Position numbers and translations under genes: made by a program. This document shows positions 37,801-51,345 of a stretch of DNA of 64,000 nucleotides, piece by piece (the first letter of the stretch is position 1; every line of letters begins with the position of its first letter). The DNA comes from Bigelowiella natans CCMP2755 (taxonomy: Eukaryota; Protista; Cercozoa): positions 62,001-126,000 of the forward strand of contig ADNK01003276.1 in NCBI GenBank assembly GCA_000320545.1. Reading direction: 5' to 3'. Under the pieces are notes generated by a model. It did not search any database. It had not been told where the DNA came from and worked only from the letters and a program-made list of their open reading frames with translations.

Positions 37801-38770
37801 ACGTCTCGTATGGTCGCCTGTCTGATGGATGTTTGGTTTATGCAGGTGGTTCCAGAGGTATTTCGAATCTTATGTTACAACGACTTCCAACATGGGTTGT
37901 CGCCAATGTGGTACTCTCTGGGATTCAGTCAATTAGTTGTACCTGTGATCGATTGGAAGAGCTTTTTTGACTGTACAAAGGAGGGAAAGTTAAATTTTGG
38001 CCGAATTGATTCCTTTTTAGACGTGATCGCAGTCTATTTTGAGTTGAAGGGTTGAAAATTGGGGTACCTGTGGAAAAGCTTGCAAGGTAGGACAAAGAAG
38101 ACTCAGATACGAAGTAATAAATGACATTTAATAATTCATTGTCTGCCTATTTTGATTAATTTGTCCCTAAGTGTGCCATATTTCATATTTTATGCCAAAG
38201 AATTCAACAGATTGTTTTGCAAACAAAGCTGAAAAGAATGCTGGTGAACACAAACTTTAATTTACCGGCGATAGATTCGAGAACCAAAATGTACCACATG
38301 CACCAAAATGAAGCCTTCATATTTTTTTCAGATAATTCTACCAAATTTAAGCCGCCAAATAATGGCAGAATTACCCAAATCACCACTTCCTTTCGGTTCC
38401 GTCGAGTTCATTGGAATTTTCTGGGAAAATTCGATTCGGCATTCAGAAAAGATGGATTTATTAACCTTGTCGTCAGCACAACAGACACCAATCTGTCATT
38501 CTAACTTTTTCGCGTATTATTATTTGTCGTAGTATAAAATTGGGTTGAATTTACAAAGCGGAACTTTTCTCTGGTGCAGCAACGAGTACATGCTGTCACG
38601 GAGGGGGCACGCACTTTGCACGGTGATGACAACGGAGTTCAGAGAGAGAAGGGAAGATGACCTCGATTCCACAGTGAACGACATGATCGATCAAAGAACG
38701 TGGGATTCCAACAATCAATAGATCTGCGTGTGAACTAGGTGATTGCCAGAAGGGGGGGGGACGTTAGAAA

Positions 38771-39273
38771 ATGAAGAAGACACATGGCCAAGAGACTACT
38801 ATGGGAAAAGCCTGCCGTTCTCCACAGCAGCCGTTAAAGTGCAAGCACATTCTACCTATCTTTGGGGCATTGCAAAGTGGCAAAGCAACATTCCTCCGTA
38901 CCTACCAAGAATCACAAGTTCAAGCAGCAGCCGAAGATAGTTTGCAAGTGGGGAATACTCTATTCCTGCTCAGTAAAGTGTCTTCGGCTTTCTCCAATAT
39001 ATCCGTGCAAGAAGTAAATAAATTAATATGTCAAGAAGGAAAGAAATCCGTATCGAATGGAACAGCGACGGGATGCTCTGCAGCAGATCGAGAAGAGCAT
39101 TTAACCTGTAGAAAGATGAAAAGGCTTTACTCAATGTCTCCAGCGGGTGCCATTGTAATGTGCGACGCCACACGGCCTAGCACCATCGATGAAGCCTGCC
39201 GCATCAAAGTTGCTTTGGATAAATTGTGGAGGGCTCCATCATCATCAACATCAACATCTTCTTCTTCCTCAAT

Positions 39274-39309
<36 letters not shown>

Positions 39310-41067
39310 TATCAGACACAGTCCCATTCCATGCGTGCTTTTCGCTAGCAAGGTAGTATAACATTTGGAGGAGAGAACAGCAAAGCTGAGGATGCGTCAA
39401 AACTTAAGTTCAAGATTGATGATCTCATTCGTCATGATTCTAGGCACAATTGTAGCACTGTTAACCCATCATTTCCCTCATTTGTCGTTGGGTACATGAA
39501 TGTCGTCGACTCAGATCGAGAAGGTCACCGACGTGCACATTGGCTTTAGAATCGGGGCGGAACTACAAAGGGTCACTGAAGAGTATGGCTTTCAAAAGTA
39601 AGGGATTACAGTAGGTCATTGCAGTTATGTCGTGTGAGATGAACAATGGTGTAGCGGACAACCAGTTAGTCAGTCGGTCGGAGATCGATTGCAAAGGACG
39701 AAATGTTGAGACTTGATTCACCGAATGGCAACAGACTCGTTGCTGGGAAGGAGCACCAACACCAGTCAGTCGTCGTCTATTTTGTTTCGAGCTAATCACT
39801 GGTTACATGCTGTGCGCCAGATGGTTCGTCGGATCGGCCTCTCGCTCGGAGAGCGTTAAAGAAGTTGTCGAGCACTTCGCCGAGATGATGAGGGAGAACG
39901 AAAAGGCTGGACGAGAGAGCATGTGGGAGGGGGAGGAAGAGGAGAAGACAGAACCGCTGAACAAATCTAATTGTGATGATGCGGTAGAAGGAAACTCGGC
40001 TGCTATGGCCGTGCGAAAGCTATTGCGTGCTGATGCGAATGCCACGATGGAGCACGCTAATATTGATGCCAAGGACGTTTTGGCAACAGCCTCCCCACAA
40101 CCATCATCGAGCTTTTTCAGTAGTAGCAGAAGGAGGAGGAGGAGGAGCGGTGCAGACTCTTCAAAGACAAACAGCAGAGCGACAGAAGTATTCATGATGC
40201 TGCAGCAGGTGTTGGTTAGAAATGATGTCACGAATTATGATCTAGAAAGAAAGCTCCTTTTCCCCTAGCTCTGATATAACTTACGACAGACGTGTGTATG
40301 GCTTCCATTGACTTAGCCCCTCACTAACCATAGAATAGTGACGTTCATCAACACTGTAAACAGGGAAGCAATTTCATCAAGTATAGCAGCTCTGGGAAAA
40401 GATGCAAAAAACGCGTCCTCTGGATAGGTCACATGTGATGATAATGATGGTGATAATGGTGGTGATGGGAAGGAGGCGAAGGCCGAACGATTGGCAACTC
40501 CTTTCCCCAAACTGACCCCTAGAGCCTACAAATTATGTCGATTTTTCATCAATGGCTGACGCATCAGAATGCTACAGTACTAAACGCATACAAGCAAACA
40601 GCATGGAACAGCAAAGCATGCATCAAACACCAATCGTCCATTCATTCACAACAGGTCGATCACGTCTATTCTGGGCCTCATCCCGGTCGTCTCGCCTCGC
40701 AAAATCTCTGCCTCTATCTACTATCACTGAAGTAGGAGTAGGAGGCGACGGTCGTCATCAGAAGCTTTCATTTTCCCTGCGGCTTAAAGCGGATGGCCGC
40801 AGTATTATGGGGAGGGGCAGAAAACTGATCCGTTTGGCAGCGGAAACAGAACAGGACTACGACAGGTGGCTGCAGTTTCTGGTAGATGTCAGTCGCACTA
40901 ACAGGAGACCACTTCTTCATCGCAAAGGCAACACCAGCGCAACGGTATTAAGGATGATGAAGGAAGCGGAAATAAAGAAAAAGAAGAGACTTTCTTGGGT
41001 ACGATTTGCTACAATGCCGTGGAGCAGTAGCGCAAGTTCTCGTGCGACATCAACCTGCCAGCTGTGA
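38771..41067 (+). CDS. Degenerate Rab32/38-like small GTPase domain fused to a C-terminal PH domain, multi-exon
   Basis: GALQSGKAT; MKRLYSMSPAGAIVMCDATRPST; PIPCVLFASK|IE; EEYGFQK|WFVGSA; then GSNFIKYSSSGKRCKKRVLWI|GRSRLFW...LSTITEV...LAAETEQDYDRWLQFL. Confidence 0.75.
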
Positions 41068-41289
41068 TACGGTGCTTGCTGTTCGACACGCTAATTCGTC
41101 CTCATGCGCTCCCTTTTCCGCCGAGCGTTATCCTTGGATCTGGCGACTGTATCACATCTAGACATGGTGCACACGTCATGTTATATATGGACATATGTTG
41201 TAGATGACTAAGCGGACAAATGATGACGGGCGCTTTGCTGTGTTTGTAGATGAAGTGCACAATGTGCCTATACACATGTAATGTGTGCA

Positions 41290-41930
41290 ATGTGTGCCAC
41301 TCTAGCACTGTCTAGCTGTCTAGCTGTCTAGCTGTATGTCGTCTTTGCCAAGCAGCGCCAATGCGCTAAAAGCATCATCAGTCTCTCGGCCTCACTTCAA
41401 CATTACGAAATGATGAGTGTATTATGCAGTCTCCAAGAAGTCGCTGCATTTGTGACCCTTGCTAGCTTGCTAGCTTGAACGTGCTAGCGTGCAATACTTT
41501 TCTTTAGCTAGTAAAAAAAAGCATGCAAATCACTAGCTAGCTAGACTGGCTAGCTGGGTTGATCCGCTGCTGCTGCTGTAGACTAGCTATCTAGTAGAGC
41601 AAGCTAGCATGCAAGCATATAGATCTAGACAGAGCTAGAGAGTGCGCGCCTAGCTAGAGCTAGCGCTTCCACAGCTAGACATCCATGCTTGCACGCTAGC
41701 ATGGGCTAGCTAGCTAGTGTGAGGCTTGTGAAAAGCAAAGCTAGAAAGCTAGCTAGCTAGAAAACTCTTCAGTTGTTAGTGGCTGCCAATGAACTCATTT
41801 CTGTACTACATGCATGCATCCGAGCATTACCACGCTAGCACGCTAGCTAGCTAGCAAGCACGGCTGAATGATCGAGGACGACGACATGAGGCTGATTCCT
41901 AAATAGCAGGCCGAGCTAGCGATGAGTAAG
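41290..41930. other. CTAG-saturated island between convergent 3' ends
   Basis: More than 30 CTAG in ~640 bp, including (TGTCTAGC)3 and several (GCTA)n runs. Confidence 0.85.
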
Positions 41931-42000
41931 CTGGCTCTGGTGACGAGGCGTAAATATCATCAAAATGAAGATTCTAGCTTCAATTGGCTTGTCGCCGAGT

Positions 42001-42320
42001 TTACGAGCTCCATTCTTCTTCCTCGCTTTCCGTCGTCATATTTTCTGTGGATTCATCATCGTCACTGTCCTCATCATCATTATCGTTGTAGCTATTCATC
42101 GTCCGTCTTAACCGCCTCTTTCTGCGCTTCTTCTCGATGCGCTCAACAGTACTCAAATACCTGTGGGTAACATTGATGGTGGCAGAGAGTAATTGTGAGG
42201 GTAGATAAATTTGAATGCTGATGGCGTGTGCTAATTGTGTACTGCTAGCTACAAGCTTGAGAAAATGTTGTGGCTCATCGGAGGATATGTACTCTATACA
42301 CACACACACACACACACACT

Positions 42321-42366
<46 letters not shown>

Positions 42367-43306
42367 AATTATTGCAAAATTACTTCATGAGTTCCGTATG
42401 AGATAAAGTCTTATTCTCTAACTTCTCAGCGATTTCTTGTGCGCATCTCTCCATTCTCCTCTGCTTGGCTAGCTGTGGATGCTGTTGCTGCTGCGAAAAC
42501 TGCGGTTTTTCTTGCCCCCCCCCCCGCTCAGTAGCTAGAGCAGCGGTGAAGCCAGCAGTATGATTGGTTATGCGTTGATTCATGCTGCCTCGCATTACAC
42601 GTGCTTGCACAGTCGCTGTCGTTGCTCGGGCAATCTCCTCATATCTGCAAGAAACACACAAACTTAAGCGCACATGATATTGTACGTGTGCTCGAGTAAC
42701 ACATTCTAGACGAGTTCAGAAGCAGGTGGATGGGGCAATGATCAGGAAGGATGTGAAGAAAACACTGATTTCGTAGTGGCAGGGAGCATGTTGTGAGGAT
42801 GATAGCGTATTTGGGGTGAGAAGGAGGTGGGAAGACAACGCCGCAAAGCTAGGCCCTTCTTCCCCTCAAATTCACCTTTCTTTCCACATCGGCGCTGGAC
42901 ACAAGAGCTCCACCAACGACCCCCCTCCTCTCGGGGAGGACTTCGGCCCCATTATCAGCATACACTCTCCTCGTTTCTCGCTGAGTATTCTTGACGAAAA
43001 GAACGCCATACACGGAGCAGAAGGACCATAAGTTGAATGCACGGGTTTGGCAGCAGTCGTCGCAGTTGCTGGATGTTGTTGTTGTTGTTGTTGTTGCTGC
43101 TGCTGAATCATAGCTTCCCTGTTCTCATCGTGGGCTGCAGATGACGAAGATAGAGATGGCGGTTCTGCTGCCGATAGCCACAACGAAGTGACCTGTCCTT
43201 GCTTTGAAATACGCCTGAGACGCTTTCTGGATATCTGCTATGACAACTCAATCAGATTAGCATCATGCTCACACCAGCACTATTACCATTTCTTCTTCTG
43301 TTCTCT

Positions 43307-43337
<31 letters not shown>

Positions 43338-43548
43338 AATCAATCACTGTTAGTATTGCTACTACTACTACTACCAAGCATTACGTTTTCGGGTGATGAC
43401 TCAGCGTCTGCCTCTGTTACAAGTAGAGACCCGTCGTGAGAAAGCGCGAGGTGGAGGGGGAATCGTAGTGTGGCCGTAGCGCTTGGCCCGTCAACAACAG
43501 CTTCTGCAATCAATTGGGCATTCAGGATGGGGATAAATCAAAAGTTGA

Positions 43549-43587
<39 letters not shown>

Positions 43588-44136
43588 ATGCTACTGAGTG
43601 GAGCGTCTTTTCACATGGTCGTTTCTCACGTTTCGAGTGCTGTCGTTGTTGTGAGAGAGCCGCCCCCACGACGGTGGTCACCTTGATACAGAAAGCGCAT
43701 TGGTGCGTGTGCGGCGGCGTGTGTGCATACAATGATAACAAAACACAACGGATATGACCGTCCCCCCCCATATCCACCGCCCCCACCTACCTCTCCATTC
43801 GGCCTTACTCGCCGTATAGCATGATTGTAAGTATCTGCAACGAGGACACTCCACTGGGATGATGATGATGACTGAGAGGGGGAGGCAAAGGCCCATGAAC
43901 CACGCACGCTACTGCCCTGCTTTGCGTCGCCGTCATCATTACCCCCCCCCCCCGCCCTTTCGTCTTTTTCCTCATGCACAGTGATTAATGAGGAAGGATG
44001 GGAGAAAAGCGCGTTGGTTCCCATTCCGTCAGCGTATCCGCGATCGCGCGAGGTACTTCCTGCCAAGAAAACGTACTGCCACTTTCGATGCACAGGTGAT
44101 TGTTGTTGGGGGTCTGAGAAGGAAGAGAAGAAAAAA

Positions 44137-44172
<36 letters not shown>

Positions 44173-44291
44173 TGGTAGTAGCAGCAGCAAAGCAACAGGT
44201 GTAATGAGCCATCTTCCACCGTCTTGGTTGTCGTGTCGTTGATAAATGGTAGAGAAGAAGGAGAACGTGGGTAACAAGGGAAAATAGGAGT

Positions 44292-44331
<40 letters not shown>

Positions 44332-45562
44332 AGGGGGGAGGGGGGAAAGGGAAGAAGGAGGAAAAATAGGTGATTCAACTGGGGCATACGAATATCCAGC
44401 AGCAGCAGCAGCAGTGTGCTCATGATAAATTCTCAATACCAACCCGCTGGGAGGGTTGCCGGCCGTAGGAGCGATATGCTGTGCGCCTCCACATCCGAAA
44501 GGAATAGATCGCGCTTCATCGGGTCCATGGCCAACCCGTATGGCCGGAGCAAGGGCACATCCCATTGAATTGCAGCAGCAGCAGCAGCATCAGCAGCATC
44601 GATTTTCACTGTCATCTTCGCCGTCACTGTCCTCCTCCTCCTCCTCCTCCTCCTCCTCTCCTAGCGCCGTTGGTATCTTCACGGTCAGGTGTTTCTCCTG
44701 GGCCTGCTTCGGTTGCGGCTCCTCCTCCTCCTCCCCCCCTCCTCTTCCTTCTTTTGTCTCTACGTTAGCGTCAACCACCCCCTCACCTCCGTCAAGTATT
44801 TGCTCCATCTTTGCCGACAAATACCCAGCCTGGGGAAGAGAATGGTACATCAAAACACAAATCAAGCCACTTGAGCATCCGTCATAGTGATCCCCTTTTG
44901 CTATCCGTATAGTTATTATCTCCCCCTCCCCTCAATATTCACGTTCGAGGCAGTAGATTACCAGCATCAATAGCCTTACAACACTTCGTCATCATCATCA
45001 GCATGATTTTCATCGCCATCATCATCATCATTATCATCATCATCATCATCATCTGATCATCTATAACCCGATTATCCCCCCCCTCTTTCCCAGTCGCGCT
45101 TCTTCGGAGGTAGTCGTCCTCCCCCCTCCTCAAGCCGTTGAGGTCAAGAACGTCCTCCTTCACTAGAAACTCGACGCCCGACTTGGGTGCTAGCGGTATC
45201 TTCCTCACACTCAATCCTGCATTTTCCATCAACTCATCTCGCTCTCTATCCTCCGCCGTCTCGGCGATACGCTGCATCTTGAGCTGCTCGGTCGTCGCCT
45301 TGGTCTTGATTCTGAAGTATCTCGGCGAAGCTTCCTTTTCGCCTTTTGTGTAGCGGGGGGGGGGAGAGGTGGGGGAATGAGCAGAGCTGGGCACTTTTTT
45401 GATGGTGTAGCGAGCAAGTGATACATGACGACGCAGGGAGTATATGCCTCTGTGAAATGGTGGGGATCGTTATCGTAGCAAAATAATGCATACATGACCG
45501 CGCCGGAGGGGCCGCCCGCTCTCTCTCTCTCTCTCTCTCTCTCTACATATAAATATAAATAC

Positions 45563-45608
<46 letters not shown>

Positions 45609-47018
45609 TGTATTATATGCATTTAAATAGCATATTAAATTGCATAAATCACCAGTTCCGACTGCCTCTCCCGCTGCAGTAACAACCTCTCCTCGATCTG
45701 GGAAAATTGCACGAATGCAGGCGTTTCCACAGTCCGCGACGTAGATGACATCCTCTTCCCGCCCCCCTCTCATCGCTCCCGTCACATAGCCCGCTTGCAG
45801 TGCCTGGGGACAGTTAAAGAGGGACGTGCGAGCGTTTCCATCCTGATATCCAGTGCCCCCCCCCGCAACAGTTTCGACGTGTCCGCTGTTTGTGTGTTAT
45901 GATGATGTAATAAGAGGATGGATGGTCAAACGACGGATGGCGGAATAGACACACAGAACACACGCGCACATGTACAGCGACAAATGAAAAAGTCGCAAGC
46001 AATTCACGAAGGGACGCTCAAGCTTTTCATACAATCGATCGTCGTCGTCCAAGTGAATCCGTCGTATGCGATTAGCTTCCGATATCATCGCCGAGGTGGT
46101 AAACAATCTCCCACGACTCCCTATATATCCCGTTGTAGTAAAGCCAACCTCAAAAATGCTGACGGCCATATGCTGATTTAACCACGCACGTGTTCTCTAG
46201 TATAGTCTTTTCTTTAAAGCACAAACACAAGACCTTCTTCTCGTTGAGAATTCTCTTGGAGCTCTGTCTCCATTGTTGTGATGCCGCTGATAGGCGAGTC
46301 TAAGCTAATCGCCTCCTCATTATTATTATCCCCTCCGCAGTTACCAGTGGCTGCTCTACGTCGCAACAGCGGGATACGCACTAATCCGAAAAGTTCTGCA
46401 AATAGCATTTTTGTTTTAGAATGGCCTGCAAATCGATGAAAAATGGAGGGCGGCAAGCAGTAGGAGGGGGTTTCTCAATACCCGCCGCTCTAAGATACTT
46501 GCAGACCGATGTGTGATCCATGGGAGGAGCATGCATGTTTTATCAAAAGTTGTGCACTGCATAACCAAAGTTTAAGGAGAAACACAGCCGCACACGATTT
46601 GAAAAACCTCACCCTGTTGTGGTGATGCGGAGGAATTCAGTCGTTCGGTACCGTTCCTTTCGAAGTCGATGCTCACAACGTAATCATCGCCCCCACTTGC
46701 CGCAAGACCCTGTTTATTCTCCGGTGTGGTGATAGAGCCTCGCACGGTGTCGTGATGATCATATCGCATCCTCTTCGACTTTCGCTCCTGTACGGCTCTC
46801 CTACGAATGTAGGAGGACAAGGAATGGGGGGCGCTAGCGCCAAAGAGGGAAGCATCCTGCCACCGGCTTTGCGTACGAGAAACGTTGAAGGAATAGCATA
46901 ACAGGGGGAGGAGAAATATATGGATCCAATAGCAGAGTAATCGTTGTCTCCTCCGCTTGATTCGAGTTGTTCTTGCAGCATCTCCTGCCCCTCCTCCTCC
47001 CTGATAATTCCAAGACAT
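42001..47018 (-). CDS. NHL-repeat (beta-propeller) protein with a hydrophobic plus R/S-rich N-terminal leader, multi-exon
   Basis: Repeats TVAGGGTGYLDG...FNCPQ, IYVADCGNACIR, RPYGLAMD...LFLSD, LAGSTSRDRGYADG...LFSHPSS, VLVADTYNHAIRRV, and VDGPSATATLRFP. ATG at 47018, stop at 42001-42003. Confidence 0.8.
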
Positions 47019-47719
47019 TGCTATGAATTATTTCTTTCCTAAAGGCAGCAACACAACACCTCACAAATATCCTCCATTAATCTGTAATTCTTTGCTAATT
47101 CCCTGCACATTCCCCCCCTCCCCCCCCGCGCCCTTGCTGGATTCCTACCCTGAAATCCATTTAGGAGGTGCTCCAAGCTGTGCAACTAGCCACACGCCAG
47201 ACAAGCAGGGATGTTGCCTGAGTTGTTGTTACGTAATAACACTTGTGAGTACATATTTTCGGTTATTTTTAATACAATATATGAAATATATTTCTATTGC
47301 AAGCTCCAAACATATTATTGTATCTGAGGATTTTTCGATAGATGTTTTTAGTGTATAAAGTTCAATAGTATTCGGATGCTGATCATTGTATTATGCTATG
47401 AACGCAGCTATTTCTAAGACTTCAGCTAAAATGCAGCCTATTTGGACCATTTTATCGTATTTTAGTGATGAATAGGACTTATTTCTCGAAGTTTTAAACA
47501 AACATATGCTGAATTCTTTCTGACGATCAATTATCCGACATAGCGTATGTGTATATGAGGGCTTTCCCCCCTGCACCCGCTGCTCGCGCGGTATTCTGGC
47601 AGGGATCCTTGCAAGAAGCTCAGGAAAAATTCATTTGCGAACACCCCAATAATGCTCGAATGCGAGTATTCGTGCCGGAGAACTCAGGGGGAGGAGTTGA
47701 GAAGGTTTTGGCCAACTAA

Positions 47720-49896
47720 ATGTGGTACTTTCTTTGCGTGCTAATAAAACCATCCAAACGCAGGGCCTCAAGCAAAAATGGCTCCCGGAGGCGCTCTCCT
47801 ATAGAATTTCGTCTACTTCTCCAGCATTCTTTCTGGAGCCAGAGGTTTGATTGTCCATACGCCGCCGTCCCCGCACGGGAACGAAAACATCACTATCATC
47901 GTCATTACCCATGCTATCCTAGTATCCATTAAGCGATCAGTCCCACAGCATGCAGTAGCCATTTTTTTCCAAATACCGCACTGTCTGAGTTGAGCGCTTG
48001 CCCAGGTACTCCGCTTTCTGAAGAAAGGCGCATGTACAACAAGGACAGGCAGTTCAAAAAGAAGCTGGAAAGGGAAGGGAGGGGGGCAACGACGCGACGA
48101 CAAGCACCACCAAGACGCGAAACAGGTGGGGAGGGGGGACGAACGCAGAAAATCGACAGGAATGGAAACTGAGACGGCATCAGTACCGAAAGGAGCGGGG
48201 CGTAGCACTTCGTCTGGTAGTAGAAGCAGAAACAAATTAGATGCGGGATAGACCGATATTGGCACGTTGTGATTGAACATATAACGGGGATGATGACCGC
48301 TGATCATTACTGCCACTGTGATAGGCCTTGGCGTCGCTCCTGTAGTGTTAAGTTGCGGCACAAAGGGGAACGTTTTCAGCATTGCGGATGGCAAGATTAC
48401 GCTTTCCATTGACGAGTACCGTAAATGAATATGTGTGTTAGCTTCTTGATGATTGCAAGTGCCTAGCCCCATTGATCGTGGTGGTGACGGAAATGTGGTA
48501 GTGTTAAAACAATGGTAGTACTGAAAGTGAGCCTTCACGACGGGATTTCATTGAGAATGCGCAACTAGTCATATCGGAAGAATCGATGATTCACAAAAAG
48601 GCCTAATTATTACATATCGCCCTGTACATTGCAGCCAGTCGAGACGACGGCTAGGCTTGGATGCGACACGGAAAAAACATCATGTCCTCCTGTTCAACTG
48701 ATCGCCATGATAACGATGCACATTCAATATGTCGTAAGACGGCAATGACAATGGAATCACCCAATCCACTCTCACCCCCCGTCCCACTACTTTGTTGATT
48801 ATTCCATGTTCGCACTCAGGATGTGGATAGGTACTTCGTCACCGTAGATTTGATGGCAAAGGCTTTCGAGATGAGGAGCGAGGAGGAGAGGATGAAGAAG
48901 GGCAAGAACGAGAAGAGTCATCATCAGCAGCAAGGACAAGTCAGTGATGACGCCGGTGACGATAACGACGACCTCTTATTCGGAGAAAGATACACACGCG
49001 TGAAGGTATTAAGTACGCTCATATTGGCGATGTTTGAAGTGAATGACGGCCTTTGTGGGCTAAGTTCAGCTATTCTATTCACCTGCTCATACATAACTGT
49101 CTTCAATGGTTTGGTGGTGTTTCCACGATCACTACGGATGATAATAATATTGCTAATCCGCTTCCCCTTCTCTCCTCTTTCTTGCGATGAAATAGTGGTG
49201 TTTAGGCCGTATGGCACCTGCTGATTTCACGCTGAGCATGTGGTCTCGCTGCTGCACGGATCTGAATAGTGATGACGGTGTGGCAAACCCGGAAACAAAA
49301 TCGACTTCCGCATTAATACAAGTCGAGAGCATTTTCAAAGAAAAACTAGGTTGATAAAATGTGCGTGCAACCAGAGCATTCACAGCAAAAACGTGCCTAA
49401 CAAGCGGCGCCCTGCCCCTGCTCGTCTGCTAATTAGGAGGCAAATTCGGTCGGGTCGATATGAGAACGAAGCTGTTCTCCGTGGAGGTAGAGCTCACGAA
49501 CATTCATTATTTGGACATAGGAAATTGACGGCGTGATGCTTCAAGACATTACCGGGGCAGGGTTGTTCTCTGGAAGAATATAGTTGTTGTTCAATAACTT
49601 TACTGTAATCCTGAACGCTAAATCAGGCCAAGTGGCTGCCCCCATTCTCTTCCATGAGTGCAAAATGGCCACAAAACAAGCAGGATGCAGACCGGATCGT
49701 TGATGCTATCTTGGTATCCACGTGAAGCAGCGAAGTGGCTGCGAAACAATACAAACACACAAAATTCTTAGCTACATCAAATTCTTAGCTATTTTAAATT
49801 CTTAGCTATTTTAAATTCTTAGCTATTTTAAATTCTTAGCTATTTGTGCCACACACACACACACACACACACACACACCATAAAAAAATAAACATA

Positions 49897-49933
<37 letters not shown>

Positions 49934-50540
49934 TACTACATAATTGCGCATATGTGTGTGTGTGCGCGCGCGCGCACGCGCACGTGTGTGCGTCAAATAC
50001 TGTCGAGAGCTAACCACAACTCAACCAAATAGCATACAAATACATGATCAGGAAAGCTTCGGCTATTTAACACTTGGAATGTCCCCTTTGCGACATGAGC
50101 TGCCAGCCGGTTTTTCAATGGAGAGAGCGGATGATTGTAGAAGTAGCACCGGGAATCAACACCGTGTACATGTAATGACTACATCAAAGGTCGCTTTGCA
50201 CCCAGGCTATATCAAGGTTGGCTGTGTTGCCTCGTTAGAACACGATCTTATAATCGTGAAGGAGGACCACTGATAATGTTCAGTTTTTGTTGAATTTTAC
50301 CCAACGCATCACCTATGGAGAGTTCATCTCATTTCCTGTCCTCCCCCCTGGCAGGACGTATCCGAGAAACTTAAAAAAATGGTCGATGATGAGAGACTAC
50401 CATGGTACAATGATGATCAAAGGCGGATGATCCTGCGAAACAAAAATACCTGTGTGGCGGTGATGACGATTTTAGTGATGATATCAAGAAATATAAATTC
50501 GGGGTTTATTTCGCAAACGTTATGGTTAGATCACCCTTAA
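47720..50540 (+). CDS. Hypothetical multi-exon protein; boundaries uncertain
   Basis: A series of GT-AG-bounded coding-looking segments (e.g. DVDRYFVTVDL..., AKWLPPF..., IHDQESFGYLTLGMSP...ALHPGYIK | DVSEKL...LDHP*). No family recognised. Confidence 0.4.
49762..49845. repeat. 17-bp minisatellite, 5 copies (AAATTCTTAGCTATTTT), intronic
   Basis: Head-to-tail copies without spacers. Confidence 0.92.
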
Positions 50541-50844
50541 ATGCCAATGAAAACCTCAATATTTAAGTCATGTTCAGGGCACATATAACGGTGAATTGAG
50601 GTACATTTTTACGTTTTTTGTGTCCCAGGGGGGCTCTATACGTCAGCGGTGTGCAGCATTCTCCACACTCATGGTCGGAGAAGGAGCGAGGTTCAGCGAG
50701 CGGGGAACACAATGCCTTGATAATTATTCTACCAAAGGGTAAATGCTGGACATTGCTCATGATTGATGCTAAAGATTCGTCGAGGTAAACATTCAAGCGT
50801 GTGCAACTTTTAGTGTAAAGCAAGTCTCTGAAACAAATTATATA

Positions 50845-51345
50845 TTGATGTGATGCGGCGTTCGCGAGTTCAATTGCATCGCATCGGTCATGCATCCAGC
50901 TTGCAAACACACGTGCGATGTCAAGCTCACACATGCCGCCACGCTAGCACGTGTGTGGCTTCGCAAGCAAGCTTTCAAGGGTTTACTGCAAGAATGAGTT
51001 TGCTAATGCGTCGCATGTGCCCAATGCAATGGAGGCGCACGCGCCCGATGTCTGCAAACCAGCATGGCAAAGCGCTCGATGATCATTGTGACGAGCACGA
51101 CGTGGATTTGTGATCTTGCACCACATTCACGAACACGTGAATTAGGCTATATAATTTCAGTTCCATTCAGCGCGCCTCACGCACCAAAGCATGCAAGTAC
51201 AATCATCATGGAAAGATTTGGGAGATCAATGCTGATCAGCACGTTGTGCTCCGTGCAATGTGATTGTGGTTCCGACACGATCGAGGCATGGCCCTCAGTT
51301 CCTGAAAATTTCCAGAACAGGGCCAAACTTCAAAACCTGACTCAA
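50845..51345. other. TpA-depleted intergenic island downstream of a + strand gene
   Basis: About 3 TA in 50845-51140 and 1 in 51155-51345. Rich in tgca, catg and cacgtg. Confidence 0.7.

Noticed and set aside
47813-48538. 241-aa minus-strand ORF
   Set aside because: No motif, and the splice signals in this region point to a + strand gene; probably an antisense shadow (not fully excluded).
49762-49845. CRISPR-like array
   Set aside because: No spacers and no cas genes; an ordinary intronic minisatellite.
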